Part shown: positions 17,764-27,402 of the stretch, in pieces | Numbering within the stretch: the stretch's first letter is position 1 | How the letters are laid out: each line of letters opens with the position of its first letter | Virus record (IMG/VR): IMGVR_UViG_3300025316_001101 | DNA: 64,000 nucleotides | Reading direction: 5' to 3' (one strand) | Source: a virus | Taxonomy: Duplodnaviria > Caudoviricetes | Notes under the pieces: model-generated | The model's database searches: none | What the model was told of the DNA's origin: nothing | The model's input: the letters and a program-made list of their open reading frames with translations, nothing else | Made by a program: the position numbers and the translations under genes

Positions 17764-19188
17764 TTATTGTTCTTCCCAAGGGGCAATACTGTTATCAACT
17801 ATTTGTGCGGCTGGTTCAAACTCTGGCTCTTTAGGTTTTGGAGGATCATAATTTCCACTAAATCTTAGTCGAATTGATTTACCACCACGGGCAGGACTCA
17901 TAAACCGTGAAAACAACAAATCATGCAGGATTGGATTCACATCAGTAATTCCCAAAAGGTAATTGGTTAGTGCGCCCACTCCTGAACCACGACCAGGACC
18001 AACAGCTTCGGTCCCATCTGTACCGTACTTTTCGGCACAATATCTCCGAGCTTCATCAGTCATCATCTTTTCGATCAAGAAGTAGCTGGCAAATTCTTTA
18101 CTACAAATCAGACCTAGCTCTTCACGGATACGGTCCAAATACAATTGATTTGTGGGCAAACCACGCTTTTTGAATCCTTCCATCACATACTGCCGCAATT
18201 TATCATTAGCACAATCAATCACTGGCAATTTCAAGGAACGATCCAATTGTACGCCTTTTGCTTTTTCACAAATTCGTACTGTATTTCGTTTAGCCTCTTT
18301 GAACAGTTCGTAATCAATGACATCGCTATACTTCTCTTCCCACTTTTTATTGATCTCGTCCTCTGTTTTCATAAAGAGGTTCTGATCCTGCAACTCGAAA
18401 AGCTCTCCTGCTCGGCCCTCTGAAATCTGTTCCTGAATTTCCGCCAAAGTTTTGCCGGTCTGGATCATGAGCATGACCCGTTGCATAAAGCTATCTTCTT
18501 CTTTACAGTAATGGCAATCGTTTGTAAGAACGAGAGGAATGCCAAACTTCTTATGGGCTTCGACAAGAAATGCATTATAGGGCTTTTGTTTATCAAAGTC
18601 CAGCAGCATCATCTCCAAGTAAAAATGCTCGCCAAACATTTCATGGTACTTGCGTACCACGTCCATTGCTTCGTCTTTTTCCTTGGTGTCAAAAGTATAT
18701 CCAATTTCACAGTTGTAGCAACCACTGCAAAAAGTGATTCCTTCCTTATACTTCGTGAGTTGTTCGTAATTTACTCTAGGTTTATAATAAAATCCATGTA
18801 GCCATCCCCAAGAAGTAAGCTGCACCAAATTCTTGTACCCGACCTCATTATGAGCTATAGCAAGAAGGTGGCACGACTTTCGGAAGCGTTTTTTATCATC
18901 TTCGCCCATACCTTTAATGAACTCACCAGTCGATTGACCGATAGGTACATCTGGTTGCTGGGAATTGAGATATAATTCACATCCAAACAATGGAAATAGC
19001 CCATTATCTTCACAAGCTTGAATTTGGCGTGGGATGGCTCCCATCATGCCATGATCAGTTATGCAAAGATATTGCTGATTAGCGGCCTTAGAATACTCTG
19101 CATACTCTTCGACCATAGCATATCCATCAAGGACACTGAAATCAGTATGTCTATGAAGGTGCTCAAACCCCGTAATTTCATGCTGCAT
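17764..19188 (-). CDS. dnaE: DNA polymerase III alpha, N-terminal gene (PHP domain through the GRGS/FxRF region)
   Basis: HLHRHTDFSVLDG, ITDHG, GCELY, TNDCHY, GPGRGSG, LLGITD, LLFSRFMSPAR; ends before PDID. Confidence 0.95.
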   Translation of the reverse strand: MQHEITGFEHLHRHTDFSVLDGYAMVEEYAEYSKAANQQYLCITDHGMMGAIPRQIQACEDNGLFPLFGCELYLNSQQPDVPIGQSTGEFIKGMGEDDKKRFRKSCHLLAIAHNEVGYKNLVQLTSWGWLHGFYYKPRVNYEQLTKYKEGITFCSGCYNCEIGYTFDTKEKDEAMDVVRKYHEMFGEHFYLEMMLLDFDKQKPYNAFLVEAHKKFGIPLVLTNDCHYCKEEDSFMQRVMLMIQTGKTLAEIQEQISEGRAGELFELQDQNLFMKTEDEINKKWEEKYSDVIDYELFKEAKRNTVRICEKAKGVQLDRSLKLPVIDCANDKLRQYVMEGFKKRGLPTNQLYLDRIREELGLICSKEFASYFLIEKMMTDEARRYCAEKYGTDGTEAVGPGRGSGVGALTNYLLGITDVNPILHDLLFSRFMSPARGGKSIRLRFSGNYDPPKPKEPEFEPAAQIVDNSIAPWEEQ

Positions 19189-19197
19189 TATTTCACC

Positions 19198-19422
19198 TTA
19201 TGATACTGGCTTGTCTTTCTTAGCCTTCTTGCCAAGATTTGCCTGCCAATCATCATAAAGTTTTTTGGCTTCTGCGTCTAGGGCAGCTACCTCTTGCTGA
19301 AATTTTGTATAAATTTCCTTGATCTCAGCAGCCTTCGCCTTTTTGATATCATGGATCTTTCTAATCTCATCAGCAAACCCTGCAAACTCATCAGTCAACA
19401 ATAGTTCGATTTCGCCTAACAT
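19198..19422 (-). CDS. hypothetical coiled-coil protein
   Basis: 74-aa Lys/Glu/Ala-rich ORF in the operon. Confidence 0.6.
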   Translation of the reverse strand: MLGEIELLLTDEFAGFADEIRKIHDIKKAKAAEIKEIYTKFQQEVAALDAEAKKLYDDWQANLGKKAKKDKPVS

Positions 19423-19432
19423 TTTCTTTCTC

Positions 19433-20137
19433 CTATATGTTCGCTTTGTGTTTCCGACAAATCCGTATCTTGTCTAGATTTTCAAAGCCTTTTTCACCTA
19501 ATATACCATCGGCAAACCCGTAGTAAATTGCTTCATCAGGAGGTAGATACCAGTCACTTTTATCTCGAATTTTTCTATCCAAGAATCTGGAAATCTGCCC
19601 TTCCTTCCACTTTCGTTCTTTGAAGTATGGACCGATTATAGCTCGTCTGGCGAAAATTTGCAACATGCGTTTGCAAAGGCGTTCGTTGACATCAATCATT
19701 TGTTTAGCGGCAATTGAATTAGCATCAAAACTGATAGACCCATGATGGATCATGAAATCAGTATCCGGCATCAGAACCCGATTGTCAGCGGCTTGAAGTA
19801 CCACTCCACTCATTGAAGATGCAACAGTGTGAATCAACATCGTGACAGTAGATCTAGCAAACCGAATAGAATTAAAAATAGCCATACCATCATTCCATTC
19901 ACCACCGATGGTATGGCTATGCACTAAAATATTTGTATCTCGTTGACTATCAAGAACATGCATGTTCTTGACAAACCCTGAAGCCATTCTAAATTCAACT
20001 CCTGGCTCTGTTCCAACATCATCCATTGGAGCCGCACCATGCAAATACAATTCTCTGGAGTGGTAATTGATACCATAAGTGTGAATATCACTAATCAACT
20101 GTTCCAATTCTGACTTCTTACGCAATGAAGGGGCCAT
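19433..20137 (-). CDS. clpP: ClpP-family serine peptidase
   Basis: IHSxGG-like HTIGG; ASSMSG (Ser), FMIHHG (His), SDWY..PDEAIYYGFAD (Asp). Confidence 0.9.
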   Translation of the reverse strand: MAPSLRKKSELEQLISDIHTYGINYHSRELYLHGAAPMDDVGTEPGVEFRMASGFVKNMHVLDSQRDTNILVHSHTIGGEWNDGMAIFNSIRFARSTVTMLIHTVASSMSGVVLQAADNRVLMPDTDFMIHHGSISFDANSIAAKQMIDVNERLCKRMLQIFARRAIIGPYFKERKWKEGQISRFLDRKIRDKSDWYLPPDEAIYYGFADGILGEKGFENLDKIRICRKHKANI

Positions 20138-20261
20138 GTTGATCTCCGTCGTAAATGATTACTGTGTAAATAGTTAGAGATTGACACCTCTGTTTAATTT
20201 GCACAATCACGACTCAAAAACACAACTCGTTACCCAGTCAAGACTTGGCGACAATTAATAA

Positions 20262-21869
20262 TTACTCTGGACCATACCCATCTTCGTATTTTTTACGAGG
20301 AATTACGTCAATGTCATCCTCATCCGGCCCATGACAATGGAATACTATTTCCTCCCCATCAGCCTTTTGAGTAGCCAAACATACGTCTCTACCCCACAAA
20401 ACATACAACGATTGCAGAGTAGCTGTAGTGTATGATGGATACAACATGCGGCCGTCGAACTCATGTTGTAAGAACAAATATCCCTTGCCCTTATGATTCG
20501 GATCGGTCAATCTGATGTTGGGCAATCCACCATTAGTATACATCTTTAACAACTTCTGCTTAATCCGTTTTGGATCTCTGTCTTCGATACGATACTCACC
20601 ATTAGGATATCTTTTCCAATCAAAGAATTCGTATTTATTACAAAATTCCGGCGTAAAGAACTCGCCCAGTGCAAGCATGTCACTATAGTAACGTCTTACA
20701 TCCAAAACCTTTTGGTGACCCAAACCCAACTTCTGATCCCAGTCCTCACGCTGCTTAATATCTTCACAAGCTTCCCATTCCGGCCCAAACTGACCTTTGT
20801 CCCATCGCTCTTCAATATCCAAGAACAAACAAAAGCCTAACTTGTAAGGATTGAGTGAATACTTGCCACCCAACACCCCCATCTTATGCTTGCAATATTC
20901 TATAATTCCACAATCTCCAGTCTTTTGTCCCAGACCTACCAATCCCCTTTTGGCAATGATGTTATAATCTACAAAACTAGCCCAACCCTCATTCAACATA
21001 TGGGTCATTCGCTGAGGAGCAAAATATACCGCCTCAGCATACAACATAGAAATAATATCAGCTTGCCACGGCTTAAAAGGAGCGTTGTCTCGTAAGAACC
21101 CCATAACGTCTTTCGTAGGATCACGAAAGACATCCATCTCTTCGGCCACTTCTTCCTCTCGCACTATTTGATTTTGTCTCTCCTTCCACTCCTTCGGATT
21201 TAGATAAGCATCCATGTACTCATGATCATCCTTTACAGGCAACCTATTGGGCTGATGATAGGTTCTAGTGTCTCTCACTATTGGATCTTTGATCTTTCTA
21301 ATATCCCATGCCTTCGTAGGATCAATCAACGTTTCTATTCTTAATACATGATCAATAAACTCTGTGACTTTTTCTTTGCCCCAACGAGCAATATAGCGAC
21401 GAATCCTAGTTCCATGATTAGCCAATTGGTTCATCATATTTTCGCTAGTCGGACTAAAAAATACATTGCTCTTAAAGAAATCATTATGCCCAATAGCGTG
21501 ACTGATAACCGTCACGTCATCTACTAGCGTATTAGAATCCAAGCAATAAATATAACAAGGATTAGTATTGATAACCATTTCGTATATTCTATGCTTTCCA
21601 TGTTCGTATCCCTTCTGTAATTCTCCATATTCCATTCCCCATTTCCAGTGCGGAAATCTTACAGGAAATCCTCCATAAGACGCTACTTCACTAATTTCAT
21701 CATATGTCAACTTTTGAACAACAATAGGATAAAAATCTAAATTAAAATCATGACACTCTTGAATAATCTTTGGTATTAATACTGATAAATCCTCTGGTAG
21801 CTTTAACCCAGGAACCGTATTATCTCCAATCAAAAGAGGCGTACCTCGCATGAACTTATTCGTCGCCAT
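20262..21869 (-). CDS. spoVR: SpoVR/YcgB family protein
   Basis: YGGFPVRFPHWKWG, IYEMVINTNPC, HAIGHNDFFK, LNEGWAS, NPYKLG. Confidence 0.95.
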   Translation of the reverse strand: MATNKFMRGTPLLIGDNTVPGLKLPEDLSVLIPKIIQECHDFNLDFYPIVVQKLTYDEISEVASYGGFPVRFPHWKWGMEYGELQKGYEHGKHRIYEMVINTNPCYIYCLDSNTLVDDVTVISHAIGHNDFFKSNVFFSPTSENMMNQLANHGTRIRRYIARWGKEKVTEFIDHVLRIETLIDPTKAWDIRKIKDPIVRDTRTYHQPNRLPVKDDHEYMDAYLNPKEWKERQNQIVREEEVAEEMDVFRDPTKDVMGFLRDNAPFKPWQADIISMLYAEAVYFAPQRMTHMLNEGWASFVDYNIIAKRGLVGLGQKTGDCGIIEYCKHKMGVLGGKYSLNPYKLGFCLFLDIEERWDKGQFGPEWEACEDIKQREDWDQKLGLGHQKVLDVRRYYSDMLALGEFFTPEFCNKYEFFDWKRYPNGEYRIEDRDPKRIKQKLLKMYTNGGLPNIRLTDPNHKGKGYLFLQHEFDGRMLYPSYTTATLQSLYVLWGRDVCLATQKADGEEIVFHCHGPDEDDIDVIPRKKYEDGYGPE

Positions 21870-23104
21870 TATCTTTTAGCTCCTGTCTTGCTTTTCTTTT
21901 TAGTGTTTTCTGCCACGCCTAGCAAATCTACAATCGCTCGCTTAATCTGCTTGTTTCTTTCTTCTTCCCCTAATTGAGGTGTATACCAACCCCAACCACC
22001 ACTATCAGGATCTTTACGATCTGGCTCGGCAATGCCAGTAGTTCTCACATTGGGCAAATGCCCAATGTTTTCATCTACATAATGTTGTAGACTTCCATCA
22101 TATGAATATGACAACACCTGCGTAATGCCAACGAAATTTGCAATTTCTGGCGGGAACTGTTTCTTGATTATATCACAAAACTTAGCATTATCTCCATCGT
22201 AGTTTTCTCCATCTGTAAAGTAAAATACATATACATTCCACTTTTCTGGAGGAAATCTATTTTCTAATTGTTTAGCAATTAGCTGTAATGCCGAAGAACA
22301 AGTTGTTCCGCCTCCATACCGATGACGATAGAATTTATTCTGATCCACTTCAGAAGCGATAGTGTCATGCCAAACATACATTTCTTCCACACGCTTATAA
22401 AATTTTCTAAGCCAAATGTCAATCCACCATGCCATATCACTTACAATGTCACATTTATATTGGTCCATACTTCCCGAGCCGTCTCTAGCAAAGAACACCA
22501 CTGCATTAGAAGCTGGTATCTTTATTTCACGATACTGACGGTATCTACGATCACTGTTGATCGGCGTGATCAATCTAATAGGATCTGCGAACCCTGGAAT
22601 CTTGTGAAGATTCATAATCTCTCCACTGGCACACATTCGTTTAAGAGCCTGCAACATAGTCCGTCTATTATGTCGTAATGATTCCGGTCCCTGCATAGAA
22701 ATGTCATTGTACTTAATCTTAATCTCTTCATAGGTTTGATTAGGCTTCGGTTTAAGATCGGGAAGTTTAAGTTCTTCTTGCAAGAACTTGAGAACTTCTT
22801 CCAAATCCACATCAATATCAATTCCATCACCTTCTTCCTGCCCCGCTCCTCTGCCCTGTCCTTTATCAGGATCTTTACCAACAACGTCACCCTTCTTTCC
22901 AGGACCACGACCAATACCCTGCCCTTCCTTGCCAAATACGAAATGTGGTATGTTTATTCGAGGGATGGTGATTCTAACTTTGTCGCCCTTACCCCTAGTT
23001 CTAAATATCGATCCATCTTCAATGAACTTTTTTAACGCCTTACGCCGTCTACCAGCGTAAATGTCCATGAAATCTTGATAATCTTCTTCGACCCTTCGAG
23101 GCAT
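21869..23104 (-). CDS. yeaH: YeaH/YhbH (DUF444) vWA-like protein
   Basis: GQGIGRGPG Gly-rich linker, MIDAS-like DGSGS, GGTTCSS, FTDGEN. Start MPRRVEE with AGGAG SD; translationally coupled to spoVR. Confidence 0.93.
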   Translation of the reverse strand: MPRRVEEDYQDFMDIYAGRRRKALKKFIEDGSIFRTRGKGDKVRITIPRINIPHFVFGKEGQGIGRGPGKKGDVVGKDPDKGQGRGAGQEEGDGIDIDVDLEEVLKFLQEELKLPDLKPKPNQTYEEIKIKYNDISMQGPESLRHNRRTMLQALKRMCASGEIMNLHKIPGFADPIRLITPINSDRRYRQYREIKIPASNAVVFFARDGSGSMDQYKCDIVSDMAWWIDIWLRKFYKRVEEMYVWHDTIASEVDQNKFYRHRYGGGTTCSSALQLIAKQLENRFPPEKWNVYVFYFTDGENYDGDNAKFCDIIKKQFPPEIANFVGITQVLSYSYDGSLQHYVDENIGHLPNVRTTGIAEPDRKDPDSGGWGWYTPQLGEEERNKQIKRAIVDLLGVAENTKKKSKTGAKR

Positions 23105-23128
23105 GTTGTTTCTCCTTTTGTATATTTT

Positions 23129-23157
23129 ATTATAGCTGCAATGTTCAGATTTACCAA
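23129..23157 (-). promoter_or_regulatory. sigma70-type promoter upstream of yeaH-spoVR
   Basis: TTGGTA-N17-TATAAT. Confidence 0.6.
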
Positions 23158-23168
23158 ACCCATTAATG

Positions 23169-23201
23169 AAAAAGGCTCGCCGGTACTTGTACCGGCGAGC
23201 C
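23169..23201 (-). terminator. terminator between prkA and yeaH
   Basis: GGCTCGCCGGTAC/GTACCGGCGAGCC inverted repeat followed by TTTTT on the minus strand. Confidence 0.8.
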
Positions 23202-23233
23202 ACAACCCAACCCATCCCAACAACAACTATCTA

Positions 23234-25327
23234 TTACTTATTATCTGCAATATCGCCTCGGGCAAATATTGACCCTACGTAATCAAGAATATCCGTAGCA
23301 CTTTGATCATTATAACCTTTATGCTTGATTAAGCGTTGTTTAATTGCATCGATCTTCTCTTGGATATCAGGATCAACTACGGCCGCACCACTAACGTGCA
23401 AAGCAGACAATTTAATATGATCTTTGGTATCTTCGAATAACTTGGCTTCCAAAGCCCGCTTTAACTCAGGATTTGAATCCCACTGGAACGTCTTCCCCTT
23501 GGTGGCCAAACTACCAATAAAGGCTGCCAAACTTCTACGGAAATCGTCCACACCCGTTTCTGGAATGTCAATCTTTTCTTCAATTGACCGCATAAGGCGT
23601 TCATCCGGCTGTTGATCCTTTTCGGTATATGGATTACGAACCTTAGCCTTATTGATATAAGCCATCATGTTGTCAATATAATTCGAACACAGCCTAATAA
23701 CTGCACCTTCGTCGCCCACCAAAGCCTCCTGAACTTCTTTCTTGAGGATTTCGTCCAATTCCTTCATGGCAAGATCAATGCAAGTAGAATACTTGCTAAT
23801 CTCATCCTTGTTAGTAATCAAACTGCTTTGGTCCAAACCCTCACGTAGTTCATTAAGAACCATGAAAGGATTGATATAATCCTGGTGTGAACTGAGGCAA
23901 TTCGATATCTTGTCCTGCACGTATCGGCAGCTTACTCCACCGAACATGCCTTCCATTGGATATTTATCCCTCAATTCCTTAACTGAATCTTCAGTTTTTC
24001 CGGGCAGACTCTTTCCGTCATATAGCTTAGCCTTGTCTACCAATGTTAATTCACCATCCTTATCATCTTGCAATCTGGTAAGAATAGCCCACAACCCGGC
24101 AATTTCCAATGTGTGTGGGGCCACATGCTGACGGACCTTTCCATTTCCGTAATAATGCTCCAGCACCTTCTTTTCATCGCCCCACCGCAATAAATACGGC
24201 ACATCGATTTTAACGGTACGATCACGAAGAGCTTCCATCGACTGGTTGTTCTTTAATTTTTCGTATTCTGGATTATTCGTGTGACCAATAAGCATCGTGT
24301 CTACACTAATCTGCGAGAACTTCTTCGGCTTTATCTGCTGTTCCTGACTTGCACCCAACAGATCATACAAGAACTCCTGAGCTAATTTGAGCATTTCAAT
24401 AAACTCAACAAGACCACGATTTCCAACACAAAACTCGCCATCGAAATTGAACGCTCTTGGATCACTATCCGAACCAAAGTGCGGCAACTGTGCAAAGTTA
24501 ATATCGCCTGTCAATTCCGTACTGTCTTGATTCTTTTCATCTTTAGGTTGGAATGTAGCGATTCCCATTCTATCTGCTTCAGAATAAACTTTACGAACAA
24601 CACGAATGTGCTTGTTCACTACAGTTAACCAATCGCCATTATTGATCAACATTAATTCTTCCATGAACTTCTTGCTACGAGGATCTAAGTCTCCATCGCA
24701 CTTTAGAGTATAAAGACTAATGCGATCCTTCTCTGGGGTCTGTTCTTGAAGAACATCATTCAACTCAGCAACAATCTTTTGTCGCACACTTCCTGCGATT
24801 AATTTAATCGGGTCTTCATGCATGGGGGAAAGATTTTCACTGTGAGTAAAAATGCCAGTTTGTCCAGTAGGCAAATCTACCCACTTGAATGTATACCACG
24901 ATCCCTCTGGAGTGCGAGAGTATCTTTCTAATCCCTTCTTTAACAAACGACAAATGGTAGATTTAGCTGATCCTACAGGGCCGTGCAGCAATAATACCCG
25001 CTTTTCCGTGCCATATCCACCCGCTGCACCTCTCATGAATTTCACAAGATTTTCCAATGTATCCTCAAGTCCAAAAATAGGAACTTCGAGATCATCAAAA
25101 AATGAATAATGCGTATAAGTCTTTCTGTACCGCTTAAATTTATTGCAACCCTTTGACATAATCATGTCGTAAGCTCGCTGATAAGCGGTGCGAATAAGCC
25201 GAGGATTTTGATACACTCGGTCTAAATATTCAGCAAATGACATTTCCTCATGAAGTGTTTGAAACTCTTCTTTATTGAAACATGCTGACAGTTTCTTTAG
25301 TCTATCAGGTCCAACTGCATTTTCCAT
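23234..25327 (-). CDS. prkA: PrkA/YeaG AAA+ serine-kinase family protein
   Basis: LLLHGPVGSAKS, FQPKDEKNQDSTELTG, GNRGLVEFIEMLK, EALRDR, APHTLE, EGMFGGVSCRY. Start MENAVG with GAGGA SD. Confidence 0.95.
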   Translation of the reverse strand: MENAVGPDRLKKLSACFNKEEFQTLHEEMSFAEYLDRVYQNPRLIRTAYQRAYDMIMSKGCNKFKRYRKTYTHYSFFDDLEVPIFGLEDTLENLVKFMRGAAGGYGTEKRVLLLHGPVGSAKSTICRLLKKGLERYSRTPEGSWYTFKWVDLPTGQTGIFTHSENLSPMHEDPIKLIAGSVRQKIVAELNDVLQEQTPEKDRISLYTLKCDGDLDPRSKKFMEELMLINNGDWLTVVNKHIRVVRKVYSEADRMGIATFQPKDEKNQDSTELTGDINFAQLPHFGSDSDPRAFNFDGEFCVGNRGLVEFIEMLKLAQEFLYDLLGASQEQQIKPKKFSQISVDTMLIGHTNNPEYEKLKNNQSMEALRDRTVKIDVPYLLRWGDEKKVLEHYYGNGKVRQHVAPHTLEIAGLWAILTRLQDDKDGELTLVDKAKLYDGKSLPGKTEDSVKELRDKYPMEGMFGGVSCRYVQDKISNCLSSHQDYINPFMVLNELREGLDQSSLITNKDEISKYSTCIDLAMKELDEILKKEVQEALVGDEGAVIRLCSNYIDNMMAYINKAKVRNPYTEKDQQPDERLMRSIEEKIDIPETGVDDFRRSLAAFIGSLATKGKTFQWDSNPELKRALEAKLFEDTKDHIKLSALHVSGAAVVDPDIQEKIDAIKQRLIKHKGYNDQSATDILDYVGSIFARGDIADNK

Positions 25328-25398
25328 ATCATTAATCCTCAATGGGTTTATGGGTTTAAGTTAAGTATATCCAATCAAAACTTAGTATCCAAATGAAA

Positions 25399-25704
25399 TT
25401 ATTCAACGGCTCCAAAATGTTTTCCAGAACTAATATCATCAATCGGATTGTATGGTTGAGTCCCCATCTTAGAAGCTCTTTCGGCCATTTCACGTTCCTT
25501 CATGGCTTGAGGAAGTTTATTATTATATTGCCAATCATGAGAATCATGTGGCACTAGAACTGCGGTTAAACTCATTAACTTCTGTTTTTTGTCTGAACCG
25601 CACTTAGGGCAAATAACGCCTGGATATGCACCCGTTTCATCAAACTTTGTCAATTCAACAAATTCGGTATTGCACTCTTCACATTGAAAATCATATAAGG
25701 CCAT
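25399..25704 (-). CDS. FmdB-family Zn-ribbon protein
   Basis: MALYDFQCEEC...F...CPKCGS...KLMS. Confidence 0.85.
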   Translation of the reverse strand: MALYDFQCEECNTEFVELTKFDETGAYPGVICPKCGSDKKQKLMSLTAVLVPHDSHDWQYNNKLPQAMKEREMAERASKMGTQPYNPIDDISSGKHFGAVE

Positions 25705-25709
25705 ATTAA

Positions 25710-26009
25710 CTACTCGTCATCTTCCTGAGCATCATCTTTTGGATGCATTAGCTGACTTAAAGTAGTATATGCCTGAGAAATCATTTGTAATTTTTTCTTT
25801 AATTGCATGGCACTCCATGCAGGAGAGTCTTTTGCTACCTCTATGGCCATGTTCATCAGATTTTGATCTAACGATTCAGACATTAAATCTGTCTGCATCA
25901 TTGCCACAAAAGCGGGATCTACACTGCCTTCCATTTCTTCGTCATCTTGACCGTAGAAGTTCGGCTCTTCACGTTCTTCATCTCCGCCGTAATTAAATCT
26001 TCTAGCCAT
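25710..26009 (-). CDS. hypothetical protein
   Basis: 99-aa ORF with GGGGAG SD. Confidence 0.65.
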   Translation of the reverse strand: MARRFNYGGDEEREEPNFYGQDDEEMEGSVDPAFVAMMQTDLMSESLDQNLMNMAIEVAKDSPAWSAMQLKKKLQMISQAYTTLSQLMHPKDDAQEDDE

Positions 26010-26018
26010 TGCTCCCCC

Positions 26019-26555
26019 TTAAAATGTGAATAACTGACCCGCCTTTTCCCAAAGTTCTAAAACTTTCATTTCGTTCAGTGTTGGATCAACATTTCCAAAC
26101 CTCCCTATCGCATTGTGAAAAGGATGTTCTACTCTATTTATCCACTCAGATAAGATAAACCCGCCACATCTATGCTCATAAGTGACCAATGTTGCCGGTT
26201 CATTCGACTGCACATCTACCGGTCCAGGAATATCTGGGTGATATGTCCTTAACGCCATCGTCTGTGGTGAAATTATTTTTACCAAATCCACTTTCTTGGA
26301 ATCAAACACTTTAGTGTTTGAAAACACAGCATTAGGATCTTTACTAGAATATGTAATAATGTCTACCCCACACGGATGTGCCCACTTAAACATATCCCAT
26401 TCCGCATGCATGCGATTGTATGCTAAAACTAATTTGGCATCAGGTAAATTTTTATGAAAAGAATACCAACACGCAAATGCTGACCAATTATCCGAAGTGT
26501 GCGGATAACAATTAATAATTATTCCTAATCCATCTCCGGTTTCATTAATTTCCAC
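26019..26555 (-). CDS. hypothetical protein
   Basis: 178-aa ORF in a tightly packed operon. Confidence 0.65.
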   Translation of the reverse strand: MEINETGDGLGIIINCYPHTSDNWSAFACWYSFHKNLPDAKLVLAYNRMHAEWDMFKWAHPCGVDIITYSSKDPNAVFSNTKVFDSKKVDLVKIISPQTMALRTYHPDIPGPVDVQSNEPATLVTYEHRCGGFILSEWINRVEHPFHNAIGRFGNVDPTLNEMKVLELWEKAGQLFTF

Positions 26556-26748
26556 TATCTACCTCTTCTCCCGTTTCCACATCAATAATAACAAAATCCC
26601 CAGCTATTGGTCCGTAAATCTCTGCACATTTTTTACAAGCTCTTAACATATCCGCTGCCTCTTCTATCGTTGGCGCACACCATAGGCCATAATGAGGATG
26701 AATCAATCTTTTATTGATGCGTTTGTTAAAAAGCGTATACACAATCAC
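26545..26748 (-). CDS. hypothetical protein
   Basis: 67-aa ORF coupled to its neighbours. Confidence 0.55.
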   Translation of the reverse strand: MIVYTLFNKRINKRLIHPHYGLWCAPTIEEAADMLRACKKCAEIYGPIAGDFVIIDVETGEEVDSGN

Positions 26749-27140
26749 TTACCCTGTGGTTTCTGCGTAGGAGACTTTTTGCCCTGCTGTAGTTTAGTAG
26801 GGTTGTCAGCAAAACCAGATGGATTGTATTTCCCAGGTATGGGATTAGAAAGAGGACTAGGCGGTGGATTGTACACTGGTTTTATACCAGGAGAATATGG
26901 ACTAGCTGTTATAGGATGTGGATTTTTCTCTGCTGATGACATGGGACCAGCGGGCGGATTAGGAAGACCCTTCACACCAGGAGTCATTGTGCTTGGCGGT
27001 GGTGGATTAGGTGATGCTGCTTTCTTTTGAGGATTAACATGCCCTACAGGATTCATTCCAGCCATTCCCGAAGCCTGCGGACCACCTTGCGACCCACCAA
27101 GCTTTACTTCGGTTGCATAAAAGAATTCCCTAAACGTCAC
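26745..27140 (-). CDS. Pro-rich hypothetical protein with capsid-targeting-like N-terminus
   Basis: MTFREFFYATE; Pro/Gly-rich body. Confidence 0.65.
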   Translation of the reverse strand: MTFREFFYATEVKLGGSQGGPQASGMAGMNPVGHVNPQKKAASPNPPPPSTMTPGVKGLPNPPAGPMSSAEKNPHPITASPYSPGIKPVYNPPPSPLSNPIPGKYNPSGFADNPTKLQQGKKSPTQKPQGK

Positions 27141-27379
27141 TGATCTTCTCCTAAATCCGATCTAAGTTTCTGACTGGCTGTAGCTATCTGTGCAACTACC
27201 TTAGGATCAGCATTGGGAGCAATTTTACCTGCTGCCGCATCTACTGCTTTTTCCATATCCACCTTAGGAGTTTTGTTATTCTTGTTTTGAATAGCCTTTT
27301 TGCCAGCCGCCACCACCTGCTGATTTAAGAGTTTAGCAGCGTCTTCTTCTAACCATGTTTTGAATGTTAATGTTCCCAT
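27137..27379 (-). CDS. hypothetical protein with capsid-targeting-like N-terminus
   Basis: MGTLTFKTWLEE; preceded by TATATA-N5-ATG. Confidence 0.65.
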   Translation of the reverse strand: MGTLTFKTWLEEDAAKLLNQQVVAAGKKAIQNKNNKTPKVDMEKAVDAAAGKIAPNADPKVVAQIATASQKLRSDLGEDQ

Positions 27380-27402
27380 GAAAATATATAGCTATATAAA
27401 CG

